Below, piece by piece: positions 40,198 to 49,800 of a DNA stretch of 64,000 nt; the stretch's first letter is position 1; each line of letters begins with the position of its first letter. This stretch comes from Candidatus Bathyarchaeia archaeon (GTDB lineage Archaea; Thermoproteota; Bathyarchaeia; Bathyarchaeales; Bathycorpusculaceae), in the NCBI GenBank assembly GCA_050015395.1, contig JBEKBM010000006.1:32001-96000 (forward strand), written 5' to 3'. The notes below the pieces were generated by a model. The model saw nothing but the letters and a program-made list of their open reading frames with translations, was not told the origin of the DNA and searched no databases. Made by a program: the position numbers and the translations under genes.

Positions 40198-41545
40198 TCA
40201 GAATGCACGTTCCTTTGCTTTTTTCTCTTCGTTTCATTCGAAGGTTTCCTTTTGGTATGAGCGATATTTCATCGTCGTCGGTTAACAATTTTTCAACGCC
40301 TACCGCTGTTTGCTCCTCTTCCTCTAATTTTAGCTGCAAACCGCATTTGTTACAGTTCCTGTCACATGGAATTGATTTGTAGTCGTCAGGTTCTTTGTAT
40401 GTGGTGATGACGCCTTCATAGTTTCTTAAGACCACTTTATTAGTGGACCATGAGACAATGTAGTTTGGCATAAGGGGAATTTTTCCTCCACCTCCAGGAG
40501 CATCTATAACGTATTTTGGTACTGCAAGCCCGCTTGTGTGCCCTACTAGGCTTTCCATGATTTCGATGCCTTTTCCGATGGGTGTTCGAAAATGAGTTAG
40601 CCCTTCTGATAGGTCGCATTGGAACAAGTAATATGGTCGCACTCTATTTTGTACAAGCTTTTGATTGAGCTTTTTCATAATTTGCGGGCAATCGTTTACA
40701 CCTGCCAGTAGCACGGATTGGTTTCCTAATGGTATTCCCGCATCTGCTAACTTTCTGAGAGCTTCTCGAGAAGATAGTGTAAGTTCTCTTGGATGATTGA
40801 AATGAGTGTTCAACCACAAGGGATGATGTTTTTTAAGCATTTGCACTAGCTCGTCAGTTATTCTATAGGGAAGAACAACAGGTATTCTTGAGCCAATGCG
40901 CACCACTTCGATATGTGGAATGCTGTTTAGCTCTGTTAGAATCCAATCTAGATAATCATCCGGCAACATGAGAGGGTCTCCTCCCGAAAGCAGCACATCG
41001 CGTATCTGAGGATTGTTTTCTATGTAGCGAATTCCTTGGATTATTTGGTGCTTTGAAGGGATGTGGTCAGGGTCGCCAACCTTTCTTTTCCGCGTACAGT
41101 GTCTACAGTACATTGCGCAACGGTTACTAACCAGAAAAAGTACTCTGTCAGGGTATCGATGGGTAATTCCCTTGGTTGGGCTGTCTTTGTCTTCATGTAG
41201 GGGGTCTTTCATGTCGTATTTTGAGATTTTTAGTTCAGCTGGATTAGGAAACGCTTGCTTAAATATGGGGTCATTACGGTAATTTTCTTTTTTTATTAAT
41301 GATGCATAATATGGCGTTATGCTGAGTGGAAATTTGCTAATTGTATTTTCGAGTTCTTCATGTTCTTCTTCTGTGAATGTAATACCTGTAAACTTTTCAA
41401 AAGCAGCAACAGTTTTTATCGAATTATTCAGTTGCCATTTATAGTCTTTCCACTTAGTAACAGTAATATTTGCTTCAGCATTTTTAGCGGCGTATTCTTG
41501 ATAGCTGATGATGTTTTCAGTTTTTTCAACAACCAATTGTTTCAT
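40184..41545 (-). CDS. ablA: Lysine 2,3-aminomutase (likely ATG start at 41545)
   Basis: [47 protein letters not shown]-terminal CDRNCNKC. Confidence 0.95.
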   Translation of the reverse strand: MKQLVVEKTENIISYQEYAAKNAEANITVTKWKDYKWQLNNSIKTVAAFEKFTGITFTEEEHEELENTISKFPLSITPYYASLIKKENYRNDPIFKQAFPNPAELKISKYDMKDPLHEDKDSPTKGITHRYPDRVLFLVSNRCAMYCRHCTRKRKVGDPDHIPSKHQIIQGIRYIENNPQIRDVLLSGGDPLMLPDDYLDWILTELNSIPHIEVVRIGSRIPVVLPYRITDELVQMLKKHHPLWLNTHFNHPRELTLSSREALRKLADAGIPLGNQSVLLAGVNDCPQIMKKLNQKLVQNRVRPYYLFQCDLSEGLTHFRTPIGKGIEIMESLVGHTSGLAVPKYVIDAPGGGGKIPLMPNYIVSWSTNKVVLRNYEGVITTYKEPDDYKSIPCDRNCNKCGLQLKLEEEEQTAVGVEKLLTDDDEISLIPKGNLRMKRREKSKGTCILNAEN

Positions 41546-41814
41546 CTCCGCCAAGCGCTTTCTTACCATTTTCAATAAACATTTTAAGATTTTATAGCTT
41601 TTTGACAACTGAAATTCGCCAAAAAGTCAAATCCGCTTAAGGACAACGAACAAACTGCACTTCGCAAATAAGTCAAGTTCTCTTAACAAAGCCACATACA
41701 TCCCGAAAAAACCGTCAGCATTTAGCAAGATTATTCTTGTTTAGCTTTGTCAGGTTTTTTCTTCTATTATTTATCGTTAGATTATTATTTAAGGTGAAGA
41801 ATGCTATTGGCGGT

Positions 41815-42819
41815 ATGACTCGCGTTAAGGCTTTAGGTTTACTTTCAGGCGGATTAGACAGCATTCTTGCTACAGAAATGATTCTAAAGCAAGGCATCGA
41901 AGTAGTAGCCTTTAACGTCAAGACTCCCTTTTGCATTCCTAAGAAAGACGGAACCAGTGAAGCAGCCGAAGCCGCGAACCAGTTAAAAGTTCCACTCAAA
42001 GTAGTCAGCGTCGACAAGGATTATTTGCAAATGCTTCGCAACCCCAAGTACGGTTACGGCAAAAACATGAATCCTTGCATCGACTGCAAAATCTTCATGA
42101 TAAAAAAAGCCAAAAAATACGCCAAAGAAATTGGCGCAGACTTCCTCTTCACAGGCGAGGTTCTTGGTGAAAGACCAAAATCCCAGCATTATCCTGCACT
42201 GCGGGTTATTGAAGAAGAAGCGGGTTTGAAAGGTGAACTGTTGAGGCCTTTGTCGGCGAAGTTGCTGCCTGAAACGGTTGCTGAAAAGAAAGGCTTAGTT
42301 GACAGAGCTAAACTCGTTAATATTCAGGGCAGGTCAAGGAAGCCTCAGTTCGAACTTGCAAGGGAATTCGGAATCAAAAGTTACCCTTCTCCGGCTGGCG
42401 GATGCTTGCTAACATGCGAAGAATACTCAAAGAAGCTACGAGACCTGTTTGCCAACAAAAAACGCGTTTCTATGGCTGATGTGGCCTTGCTTAGGGTAGG
42501 CAGACACTTCAGGCTGGCTAAAAACAAGATAATCGTCGGAAGAAACGAGGCGGAAAACAAGCTTTTAACCGTTAGAAAAACAAAAAGCGAATACTATTTT
42601 GAACTGCCCGAAATTGTCGGTCCAATAACGATTTTGCAGGGACCGAAAACCAAAAAAGCCATTGAAACAGCCGCCAAACTAACCGCGTACTATTCAGATG
42701 CTAAAACTGGCAAAGTTAAAGTAAATTTTGGCAGAGAAGCCCTCAACAAGTCACTAACCGTCTCAGTTCCAGATGCTGCCGACGTGGAAAAACTAAGGGT
42801 TGGCAACGTAAAGAACTGA
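41815..42819 (+). CDS. tRNA thiouridylase-like PP-loop ATPase (ThiI/MnmA-like) with C-terminal RNA-binding domain
   Basis: LLSGGLDS, NPCIDCK, TGEVLGERPKSQ, PAGGCLLT, GRHFRL, IVGRN. Confidence 0.88.
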   Translation: MTRVKALGLLSGGLDSILATEMILKQGIEVVAFNVKTPFCIPKKDGTSEAAEAANQLKVPLKVVSVDKDYLQMLRNPKYGYGKNMNPCIDCKIFMIKKAKKYAKEIGADFLFTGEVLGERPKSQHYPALRVIEEEAGLKGELLRPLSAKLLPETVAEKKGLVDRAKLVNIQGRSRKPQFELAREFGIKSYPSPAGGCLLTCEEYSKKLRDLFANKKRVSMADVALLRVGRHFRLAKNKIIVGRNEAENKLLTVRKTKSEYYFELPEIVGPITILQGPKTKKAIETAAKLTAYYSDAKTGKVKVNFGREALNKSLTVSVPDAADVEKLRVGNVKN

Positions 42820-42869
42820 ACGCTTCTTAAGGAAACAAAAAATACGTTTTCCTTTAGTGGGGGCGATAG

Positions 42870-42883
42870 GTAAAATTATATTT
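42870..42883 (+). promoter_or_regulatory. BRE/TATA promoter of the tRNA gene
   Basis: GTAAAA-TTATATTT about 30 nt upstream of the mature tRNA 5' end. Confidence 0.55.
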
Positions 42884-42910
42884 AGATGTGTATCATTAAA
42901 GAGCCGAAAA

Positions 42911-43009
42911 GGGTCCGTGGCGCAGGACGGATAGCGCGTCAGCCTTCTAACGCCTATTTTGGGGTGTGAAGAGAGCTGAAAGTCATGGGTTCAAATCCCA
43001 TCGGACCCG
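42911..43009 (+). tRNA. tRNA-Arg(TCT) with 24-nt intron at 37/38 (42950-42973), CCA not encoded
   Basis: Acceptor GGGTCCG/CGGACCC, D stem GCGC/GCGC, anticodon stem TCAGC/GCTGA, T arm ATGGG-TTCAAAT-CCCAT; BHB helix CTTC/GAAG. Confidence 0.95.
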
Positions 43010-43365
43010 CTTTTTGCGCTTTACTTGCTCGTTTCTTGCGTTTTTTCGGCAAGAATTCTTATAGTACTGCTTTATGGAGATTCTTCACCAAAGATTGACG
43101 GGCACCTACAGTCGCAGTTCATCGCGCTCAAGTCATTATGATCGAGCAAGTAGGCGATCGAATATGGTTTCGTTTGATAAGCACTATAAAATGGGGGGAC
43201 GCGGACCTGCTCGGGGCTAAGTCCGGTAGAGAATAGCACCATTTAGGGTACGAAACCTTTTTGATTCAACGGGCGATTTTCACTCGTAAATCTATTTAAC
43301 AAATGCCTTTTATCATGAAGATTCTACACATAAATTCTCTCGTTAAAATCAAAGGAGACAAAAAC

Positions 43366-43527
43366 ATGGCAAAATGTCCAAAGTGTGGAAAAGAAGTTCA
43401 ACCTAAGAAAACCTGGAAGATGGCAGGCAAACCAGACAAAGCAGGAAAAAGAACAGAATTAACAATCGGCCTTTGCGAATGCTGCGGCAAAACCTTCAGA
43501 ACAACATTAGGCAAAAAGAAAATATAG
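43366..43527 (+). CDS. creN7: Cren7-family chromatin protein, zinc-ribbon type (copy 2, 53 aa)
   Basis: MAKCPKCGKEVQPKKTWKMAGKPDKAGKRTELTIGLCECCGKTFRTTLGKKKI; AAGGAG SD; paralog of 22828-22998. Confidence 0.85.
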   Translation: MAKCPKCGKEVQPKKTWKMAGKPDKAGKRTELTIGLCECCGKTFRTTLGKKKI

Positions 43528-43763
43528 CCCTCTGAAAAAATCAACCATTCTTCTCTTTTCTTTCCTTTAGAAAATTTTGCATTAGTACGTAAAAAATTAA
43601 GTGCTTTCCCATTTCATTTTCAATTTGTGTCTTCGAATACGGTTAAAGCATCGCCCTTTTCAATTTGCACGCCTTATTTGAAAGCCATCTAATATGCTTG
43701 TCGCGCTAAAATTTTCTAAGTCGCACGCGCAGGTTGAACTTCACTTGCTTTACGCATTTGCAC

Positions 43764-45407
43764 TTACCTTGCTATTTGCAGTAGATACTTGGGTAGCTTT
43801 CTGGCTAATGTTATCATGCCATTAATCGAATGAAAGTCGAGTTTCATCCCCTCACTAAAAGCTGTTAGAGGATCTTCGTGCATTTGTGCAAAGAAATTAT
43901 TTAGCGATTCAATGCCAGCGTCAAATAGTCTGTTGGCTGCTTCCCTGTAAAGGGGGTTTGTTAATTCACTAAGTAGTTGGTCGCGAACTTTTTGGGAAAA
44001 CCAAAGACTTTGTTGCCAAGAAATCCAGAACAGCTCCCAGACGGCCTTTGGCATTGCCTTCAAGTTTGGATAGCCTTGCTTCTCAAGAGGCGTGTTACTT
44101 ATAGGGATCGAGAGGAGCGGAAATGTCCACGCCATAGCCTTCATGTTTCTTAACTCACTCACGAGTTCTATTGTCTTGACTATGTCATCTTCGTTCTCAT
44201 CTGGGAAGCCAACTATCATCGTGTAACAAGGGTACCAATGATTTTCGTTCATTATTCTAGTAGCTTCAAGGGCTGTCTCAGGCCACTCTTGAGGCGTCCA
44301 GGGTCTAGGCTTTCCAGACATGTACTTAGCAATTATTCTTGGGCTCCCGCTCTCTAATCCTACATCTGGAAATGTTGGATGCCTAAAATCAAAGCCGGCT
44401 ATTTCGGATATCTCTTTGACTAAACTTGGGTCTTGTCTGACAGTGGCAATAGAAACATGAGGAAAAGTCACTGGCACATTGTACTTTTCTATTACAGTTC
44501 TGAAGAGTTTAGTGACGGTCTCATGGTTTACCCATATGCCGTTTGCACCATATAGCAGTATGTCGTCACTTCTTAAATCAATGTGTTTTAAACCGTTTTT
44601 TACGTTAACTTTAATTTCCTCCAAAATTTTTTCAAGAGGCATGCTTCTGAATTCCAGCGTAGCCGGCGAGCAGAACTGGCACCCTCTTGGGCATCCTCGG
44701 GTAATCTGGACTGCGCCTAATCTAGACGGATTGACAATAGCTGGAATTTCATCGACTGAGGGTGTTTCGCCGTAAACGATTGAGGGCGTTTTTTCACCAT
44801 TGATTATGCTGCTGGCTAGTTGCGGAAAAGTGACTTCGGCTTCGCCAAAAAACAGGGTATCTATGCCTAACGCTTTTTGGACTGTTGACAACTGCCAGAC
44901 TCCTTGGCCTCCAACTATAAGCTTGAAATTGTATTTTTTCTTGAGCGTTTTGACTTCTTTCATTAGGGTTAGAAACTCGACTTTTGTGCAAGAGTCTCCT
45001 CCGCCCAGAAGCGAGGCGAGCGTATAGGTGACTGGTGCCTTGCCTAGGGGGTCAACGACGCTTAAACCGACAATACATGTGTCCTTGGTAATTGCTCTAC
45101 GTATTTTGTTTGGTGTCGTGACAATTACTTGTTTCCTTTCGAATCCTGCATTAAGAAGGGCTGCTTCCACCTTCCTTAGCGGATATGTTGCTATCCTGGC
45201 TCTTCCTCGACCGTCTGTCTCAGGAGGAGAGCCTAAGACTTTTTTCAAGAACGGCTCTGGCACAAGGCGGTATGGAACGCAATGACCAAAATCAAAGAAG
45301 GATATGCCACTGAAATTTGTCATAAGGGCTTGGTCAGCTGTTAGCACTATGGTTCGACTGTCGCTAACTCTTCTTTCGCTTTCATACGCACTTATTATGG
45401 GCATCAC
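43764..45407 (-). CDS. B12-binding-like radical SAM protein
   Basis: IVGGQGVWQ, FFGEAE, ITRGCPRGCQFC, GLESGS, IVGFPDE. Confidence 0.9.
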   Translation of the reverse strand: MMPIISAYESERRVSDSRTIVLTADQALMTNFSGISFFDFGHCVPYRLVPEPFLKKVLGSPPETDGRGRARIATYPLRKVEAALLNAGFERKQVIVTTPNKIRRAITKDTCIVGLSVVDPLGKAPVTYTLASLLGGGDSCTKVEFLTLMKEVKTLKKKYNFKLIVGGQGVWQLSTVQKALGIDTLFFGEAEVTFPQLASSIINGEKTPSIVYGETPSVDEIPAIVNPSRLGAVQITRGCPRGCQFCSPATLEFRSMPLEKILEEIKVNVKNGLKHIDLRSDDILLYGANGIWVNHETVTKLFRTVIEKYNVPVTFPHVSIATVRQDPSLVKEISEIAGFDFRHPTFPDVGLESGSPRIIAKYMSGKPRPWTPQEWPETALEATRIMNENHWYPCYTMIVGFPDENEDDIVKTIELVSELRNMKAMAWTFPLLSIPISNTPLEKQGYPNLKAMPKAVWELFWISWQQSLWFSQKVRDQLLSELTNPLYREAANRLFDAGIESLNNFFAQMHEDPLTAFSEGMKLDFHSINGMITLARKLPKYLLQIAR

Positions 45408-45599
45408 CTTGTAACGAAACTATAGAGGCGACCAAACGCTAGCCCCTGCATTCTCGTAAGTGCAGAAGAGCGCCACATTTTTTGATTCCTTTTTTACCCT
45501 GCAAATAAGTTAATATTTGCCCTAAATGTGTTCCTTTAACATCTCCGTCCTTTTTACCTCTGCCTAAAGCATCAGTAACATGCTTAATTTCAGACGCAA

Positions 45600-45770
45600 T
45601 TAATCATCTCTTACTAAAACAATTATTATACATGAAGCATTATTAATTAACTTTGGAATTACTGAAAAAACTCTCCAGCCTTCTTTCAGATAACTATTAA
45701 CTCTATCTTGAAAGTCTATTAATTTCTCTGGTACAGTAACATAAGTATTAACTTCTTTAAATGATTTCAA
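45600..45770 (-). CDS. Small DUF4177-like protein (56 aa)
   Basis: Manual translation (M)KSFKEVNTYVTVPEKLIDFQDRVNSYLKEGWRVFSVIPKLINNASCIIIVLVRDD; N.YL.EGW.V.SV pattern. Confidence 0.55.
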   Translation of the reverse strand: MKSFKEVNTYVTVPEKLIDFQDRVNSYLKEGWRVFSVIPKLINNASCIIIVLVRDD

Positions 45771-45874
45771 TAGCGCGATGGCATGGGAAATGTTAAACGA
45801 GCTGGACGCTCATGCCATTTTAGCGCGCGGCGCGCTTCTGCAATAAACTACCTTTAAGATGGAAGGTGATAGGA

Positions 45875-46012
45875 ATGCCTGAAGAGAAGAAAAAAGTTGA
45901 AAATGCTGCTGAAAAAACTGGAGAAGAAGTCGGCAAAGGCATCAGGAAAAGCGCCAAAGCCGTAAATGACCTTGGAAAAGGAATAAAGAAAGAACTCAAG
46001 AAAAAAGAATAA
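45875..46012 (+). CDS. Small hydrophilic LEA/CsbD-like protein (45 aa)
   Basis: MPEEKKKVENAAEKTGEEVGKGIRKSAKAVNDLGKGIKKELKKKE with GAAGGTGA SD. Confidence 0.75.
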   Translation: MPEEKKKVENAAEKTGEEVGKGIRKSAKAVNDLGKGIKKELKKKE

Positions 46013-46129
46013 AGAAAGCAAAATTCCCCTTTCTCACAAACAAAAAAGAAAAGTACTTGTTATTATCTATGTGAATTCGCAGAGTTCAAACTGTTCTTGG
46101 AGGATAGGGACAGGTTTCCAACCATTCTG

Positions 46130-46284
46130 TTGAAGAAAAAAACATTCACCATTATGTTGAGAACTTTTGGTTAGGGATGAGAATCTATCGTGGCTTTATC
46201 TCAAACTTATTTGACGTTAAGGCTCCTCTGTTTTGCGGACATAAATTGACTTACAACTGCAATCTCCAATGTAACGTGCGCGCT
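46130..46284 (+). pseudogene. Truncated N-terminal paralog fragment of the downstream radical SAM gene
   Basis: GMRIYRGFISNLFDVKAPLFCGHKLTYNCNLQCNVR versus intact GLRLYRGLLLNSFGVKAPLFGGHKLTYNCNLKCKMC. Confidence 0.85.
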
Positions 46285-46300
46285 AATAATAAAATTTTAA

Positions 46301-47317
46301 TTGAGGTTGAAATTTTTGAAAAATAAGGCACACAACTATCAGGAAACAGTAAGGATAGGTCTTAGACTATATCGTGGATTACTTTTAAACTCGTTCGGAG
46401 TAAAAGCTCCATTGTTTGGTGGACATAAGTTAACTTATAACTGTAACCTTAAGTGTAAAATGTGCCCCTTCTGGAAAAGATCCAGCGAAAATTTAAGCAC
46501 CCAAAAGGAAAAAGAAATTCTAAAGCAAATTTACGATTCAGGTGTTTGCGCTATTGGGTTTGAAGGTGGAGAGCCGCTCTTGAGAAAAGACTTGACTGAA
46601 ATTCTAGCCTATTCTCGTTCTCTGCCTCTACATACAAGCCTTGTCACCAATGGCACGCTCCTCAAATCAAGGATAGATGAAATAGCACCATACATCAACG
46701 GTATCGTCTTTGTTTCATTAGATGGTCTGGAGAAAACTCATGACCTGATAAGAGGTGTTAATGGCTGTTTCAAAGAAGCGCTACAGGGCATAACTGCAGC
46801 CAAAAGGAAGGTTTCTGTAACAATCAATATGACCATAATGGCTGATAACATCCATGAAGTAGAAGATACGGTGAAATTGGCAAAGGATTTAGGTGTAAGA
46901 ATCATATTGTCGGTAGCTCATGAGTACCATAACATTGATGCGTCTGCACCTCAAGCCGATGAAATTAAAAAGATTGCTAAACAGCTTATTGAATTAAAAA
47001 GAAAAGGCTATCCTATTATGAATTCAACTAATTATTTTAAAGTAATAGCTAAAGAAAAGAACTGGAAATGCAAACCATGGTCGATTATCAATATTGGTAC
47101 AGATGGCCGGTTGGTTCTGCCTTGTTACGTTCATAATCAGTACGAGACGAGCGCTTCTGTTTTTGAGAATAGCATTAAAGCGGCCACTTCAAGTTTTGAT
47201 TGGAAAGTAACGCATAACTGTGTAAAATGCAATCTTCATTGTTACGTGGAGCCTTCTCTTGTGCTTTCATGGGATTTGCGCAGCTGGATAGATTGGGCTT
47301 TCCCAGTTAGAACGTGA
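46301..47317 (+). CDS. Radical SAM/SPASM protein, PTO1314-like archaeal family
   Basis: GHKLTYNCNLKCKMCPFW, GFEGGEPLLR, VTNG, VSLDG, LPCY, CVKCNLHCYVEPS. Confidence 0.9.
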   Translation: MRLKFLKNKAHNYQETVRIGLRLYRGLLLNSFGVKAPLFGGHKLTYNCNLKCKMCPFWKRSSENLSTQKEKEILKQIYDSGVCAIGFEGGEPLLRKDLTEILAYSRSLPLHTSLVTNGTLLKSRIDEIAPYINGIVFVSLDGLEKTHDLIRGVNGCFKEALQGITAAKRKVSVTINMTIMADNIHEVEDTVKLAKDLGVRIILSVAHEYHNIDASAPQADEIKKIAKQLIELKRKGYPIMNSTNYFKVIAKEKNWKCKPWSIINIGTDGRLVLPCYVHNQYETSASVFENSIKAATSSFDWKVTHNCVKCNLHCYVEPSLVLSWDLRSWIDWAFPVRT

Positions 47318-47751
47318 TATTGGTAAATTTTAATTCCAGTGAGTTAGTAGAATAGGCTGGTGTGTTGGTTGTAACCCGTTAGAACGGGTGATGTCACCCA
47401 ACTTCTTCCCATTTTTTCAGTTGGACGGTCTTTCTATTTAACAAGGCCATCAAATGGTTGAGTTCACGCATAATCCAAAAGAAGAGAGCTTCAATCTTCC
47501 ATAAGTTTTGTATAGTTCGAGTTAACGGCAACCTGCACCAACCTTTACTAGCGCGCGGGTAAGCCCAGTCCGGCCCACTCCTAATTGGAAGTGAGTCCTG
47601 ACGGTGGTTTTATAAACCCTGAACTGCAGTTTCTTCTTATGCTGAAAAAACCGAGTTATCAAAGCAGGAAAGATGGTTGCAAGCACAATAGCACAAAAAA
47701 TTAAGAAAAAAGTAACGACTAACAATTAATCCAACCCGAGGGTTCAAACGC

Positions 47752-47775
47752 GGGTTCAAACCTATACGGACCCGC
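47752..47775 (+). repeat. Decayed copy of a tRNA 3' end (att remnant)
   Basis: GGGTTCAAAcctataCGGACCCGC versus tRNA-Arg GGGTTCAAAtcccatCGGACCCGC. Confidence 0.7.
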
Positions 47776-48009
47776 CATGTTCCGCACTCTTTCTAAGCAT
47801 GGAACCCAACAACCTCGCATCGTTCCAAATACAGAACTGAAGAGACTTAATGTGCTCCGCTCTCTTTCTGGTTTTGCGTTTTTGATGATGAGAAAGCATA
47901 TGGGAACATTAATTTGGCAAGTGTTAAATGGTCACGTTAACATTCACAGCCCGGGAGTTAAAAGTCCATAGACAAGTTTTATAATGGTGTTTGCCTTAAT
48001 CAACGAAAC

Positions 48010-48300
48010 ATGAAAATGCCTCTCGAAAGAAAAATTCTTGTAATAAAAGTTACCGGGGAAATGCTATTCTTATTTGGTCTTCTCGCGTGGGCTAATGGAG
48101 TATTGATTCAGTTTACTCATCCCATGGTGCTGGCCATGCCCGTGTCGCATTTACTTCTCTGGATGAGAACAGACACCTTCACCATATTGTCCTTTCTAGT
48201 AAGCGCTCTCGGATTCTTCATGTGGAGACTATCCGCTGAACTAATCAAGTTTGAGAAAGACAAAGCGTCTGATAAGTCGTCTGGCGCATCGAACGTATAA
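48010..48300 (+). CDS. Small two-TM membrane protein
   Basis: Two hydrophobic helices; TTTTATAA box about 30 nt upstream. Confidence 0.7.
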   Translation: MKMPLERKILVIKVTGEMLFLFGLLAWANGVLIQFTHPMVLAMPVSHLLLWMRTDTFTILSFLVSALGFFMWRLSAELIKFEKDKASDKSSGASNV

Positions 48301-48772
48301 AGCCTTGTGCAGCACCGATAGAAAGCTAATTTTTACTATGCTTGCATGTATTTATGAGAATTAGTTTTGGATTAAGCAGTATCTACATCGTAGTCCAAAA
48401 GCTAAATACAGCAAACCGCTGGCTATCGCTATTATTCCAAGCACACTTGCTAGGTAAATTATATTCGACTTTCCAGCAACTTTGACAAGAAAGTCAATCA
48501 AGAACAAACTTACAGGAATCTGGCGTGAAAGACTTTTACGGAAGGAGAAAAGCGCCCATGTTTGGTTGAACTTAGTCGCGTCTGACGCCATGCTAATTCT
48601 TAGCAGTTTTCCTCGACAAATAACAAAACACTCAAACTGACTTTTCAAACATAAATCTATATGCGGGTTATTAACATATAGAAAAAAGAGAATATGAACC
48701 CTTGATTGATGCTCCAAGTATGCTCTCTTGTAATGGACACAGACGTTTCTGGCGCACCCTTAAAAAAAGGGG

Positions 48773-48940
48773 CTATTCTTCTTCTTTCTTCCAGTCTTTG
48801 TCTTTCTTCCAGTCTTTATCCATCCATTTAGGGTTCATCCAATGCATTTTCGGCATCCATTCCTTTGAAGCTTCCATTAGAGCCTCGTTTATTTCCACTT
48901 CAAGGGTTATTTTCAATTTTCCCTTCTTTTCTTCACTCAT
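48773..48940 (-). CDS. Small Trp/Met/Lys-rich protein (55 aa)
   Basis: Manual translation MSEEKKGKLKITLEVEINEALMEASKEWMPKMHWMNPKWMDKDWKKDKDWKKEEE; GGAGGTGA SD. Confidence 0.75.
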   Translation of the reverse strand: MSEEKKGKLKITLEVEINEALMEASKEWMPKMHWMNPKWMDKDWKKDKDWKKEEE

Positions 48941-49169
48941 CTATTTCACCTCCTTCAATTTTGTGGGGGCGCGCCTCGTTTAAAGCTCAATAGCCGTATC
49001 TGCATCGTAGTCAATGTACCTGACGCTTAGAGATCCTGCCAAAAGTAGCAAACTCAGTTTCTTGGTGGCTGAATATAGCATATGTCAAAAGCGAAAATTA
49101 AGTCTATTCCTAACAATATAGCATGTCGTGCGCGGGCGTGGGCGTTCGCAAAGCTTTAATGTTGAGTAG

Positions 49170-49183
49170 TTATACATGTATAA
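49170..49183. promoter_or_regulatory. Palindromic operator of the vapBC operon
   Basis: Perfect 14-bp palindrome TTATACATGTATAA ending 2 nt before the antitoxin ATG. Confidence 0.65.
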
Positions 49184-49185
49184 TC

Positions 49186-49392
49186 ATGAACGCAAAGGCG
49201 AAAGTCAAGTGTTGGGGAAATTCGCTAGGTATAGTGCTACCCAAAACACTGGTCGAGGAAGAAGGGCTCAAGGAAGGAGAAGAAGTCGAAGTAACAGTAA
49301 GAAAAGTGTCTGACGTGCGTAGTTTTAGAGGCAAATATCCTTTCAAGGACCTGCAGCATGAGAAAGACGAAATGAAACGCGGCTGGGAATGA
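49186..49392 (+). CDS. vapB: AbrB/MazE-type antitoxin
   Basis: KVKCWGNSLGIVLPK...GLKEGEEV. Confidence 0.92.
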   Translation: MNAKAKVKCWGNSLGIVLPKTLVEEEGLKEGEEVEVTVRKVSDVRSFRGKYPFKDLQHEKDEMKRGWE

Positions 49393-49393
49393 T

Positions 49394-49777
49394 TTGCAGA
49401 AAACTACAAGGTTCTTCTATGACACCTATGCTGTTCTGGCATACCTTAGCGATAACCCAAAATACGGGTTTTTCTTTGAAGAAAATGATGGTTTTTTAAC
49501 GAAGCTCAATTTACTGGAAATATATTACCGAACTCTTGAGGTTCACGGAGCGAAAGCCGCTTCTCAAGTAGTTAAAGTGTTTGCCAAATATGTATTGGAC
49601 TTTGGAGTAGCTGACATTGAAGGTTCAATGAAACTTCGGTTGAAGCTAAAGAAAAATGGCCGCAGCATATCTTACGCTGATGCCCTTGGATACTATCTTG
49701 CATTAAAGTCTAACGTAAAATTTTTGACTGGAGACAAATGGTTTAAAGGATTAGAAGGCGTTGAATTCGTCGTCTAA
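49394..49777 (+). CDS. vapC: PIN-domain toxin
   Basis: FYDTYA, LLEIY, ISYADA, LTGD acidic tetrad. Confidence 0.92.
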   Translation: MQKTTRFFYDTYAVLAYLSDNPKYGFFFEENDGFLTKLNLLEIYYRTLEVHGAKAASQVVKVFAKYVLDFGVADIEGSMKLRLKLKKNGRSISYADALGYYLALKSNVKFLTGDKWFKGLEGVEFVV

Positions 49778-49800
49778 ACCAAGCTTTCTGTAGAGAAATA

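Noticed and set aside
43166-43257. Hammerhead ribozyme
   Set aside because: CGAAAC is present but the CTGATGA core is not (TTGATAA) and the topology does not fit
48361-48717. 118-aa minus-strand hydrophobic ORF
   Set aside because: Possibly a decayed membrane-protein fragment, but no family is recognisable
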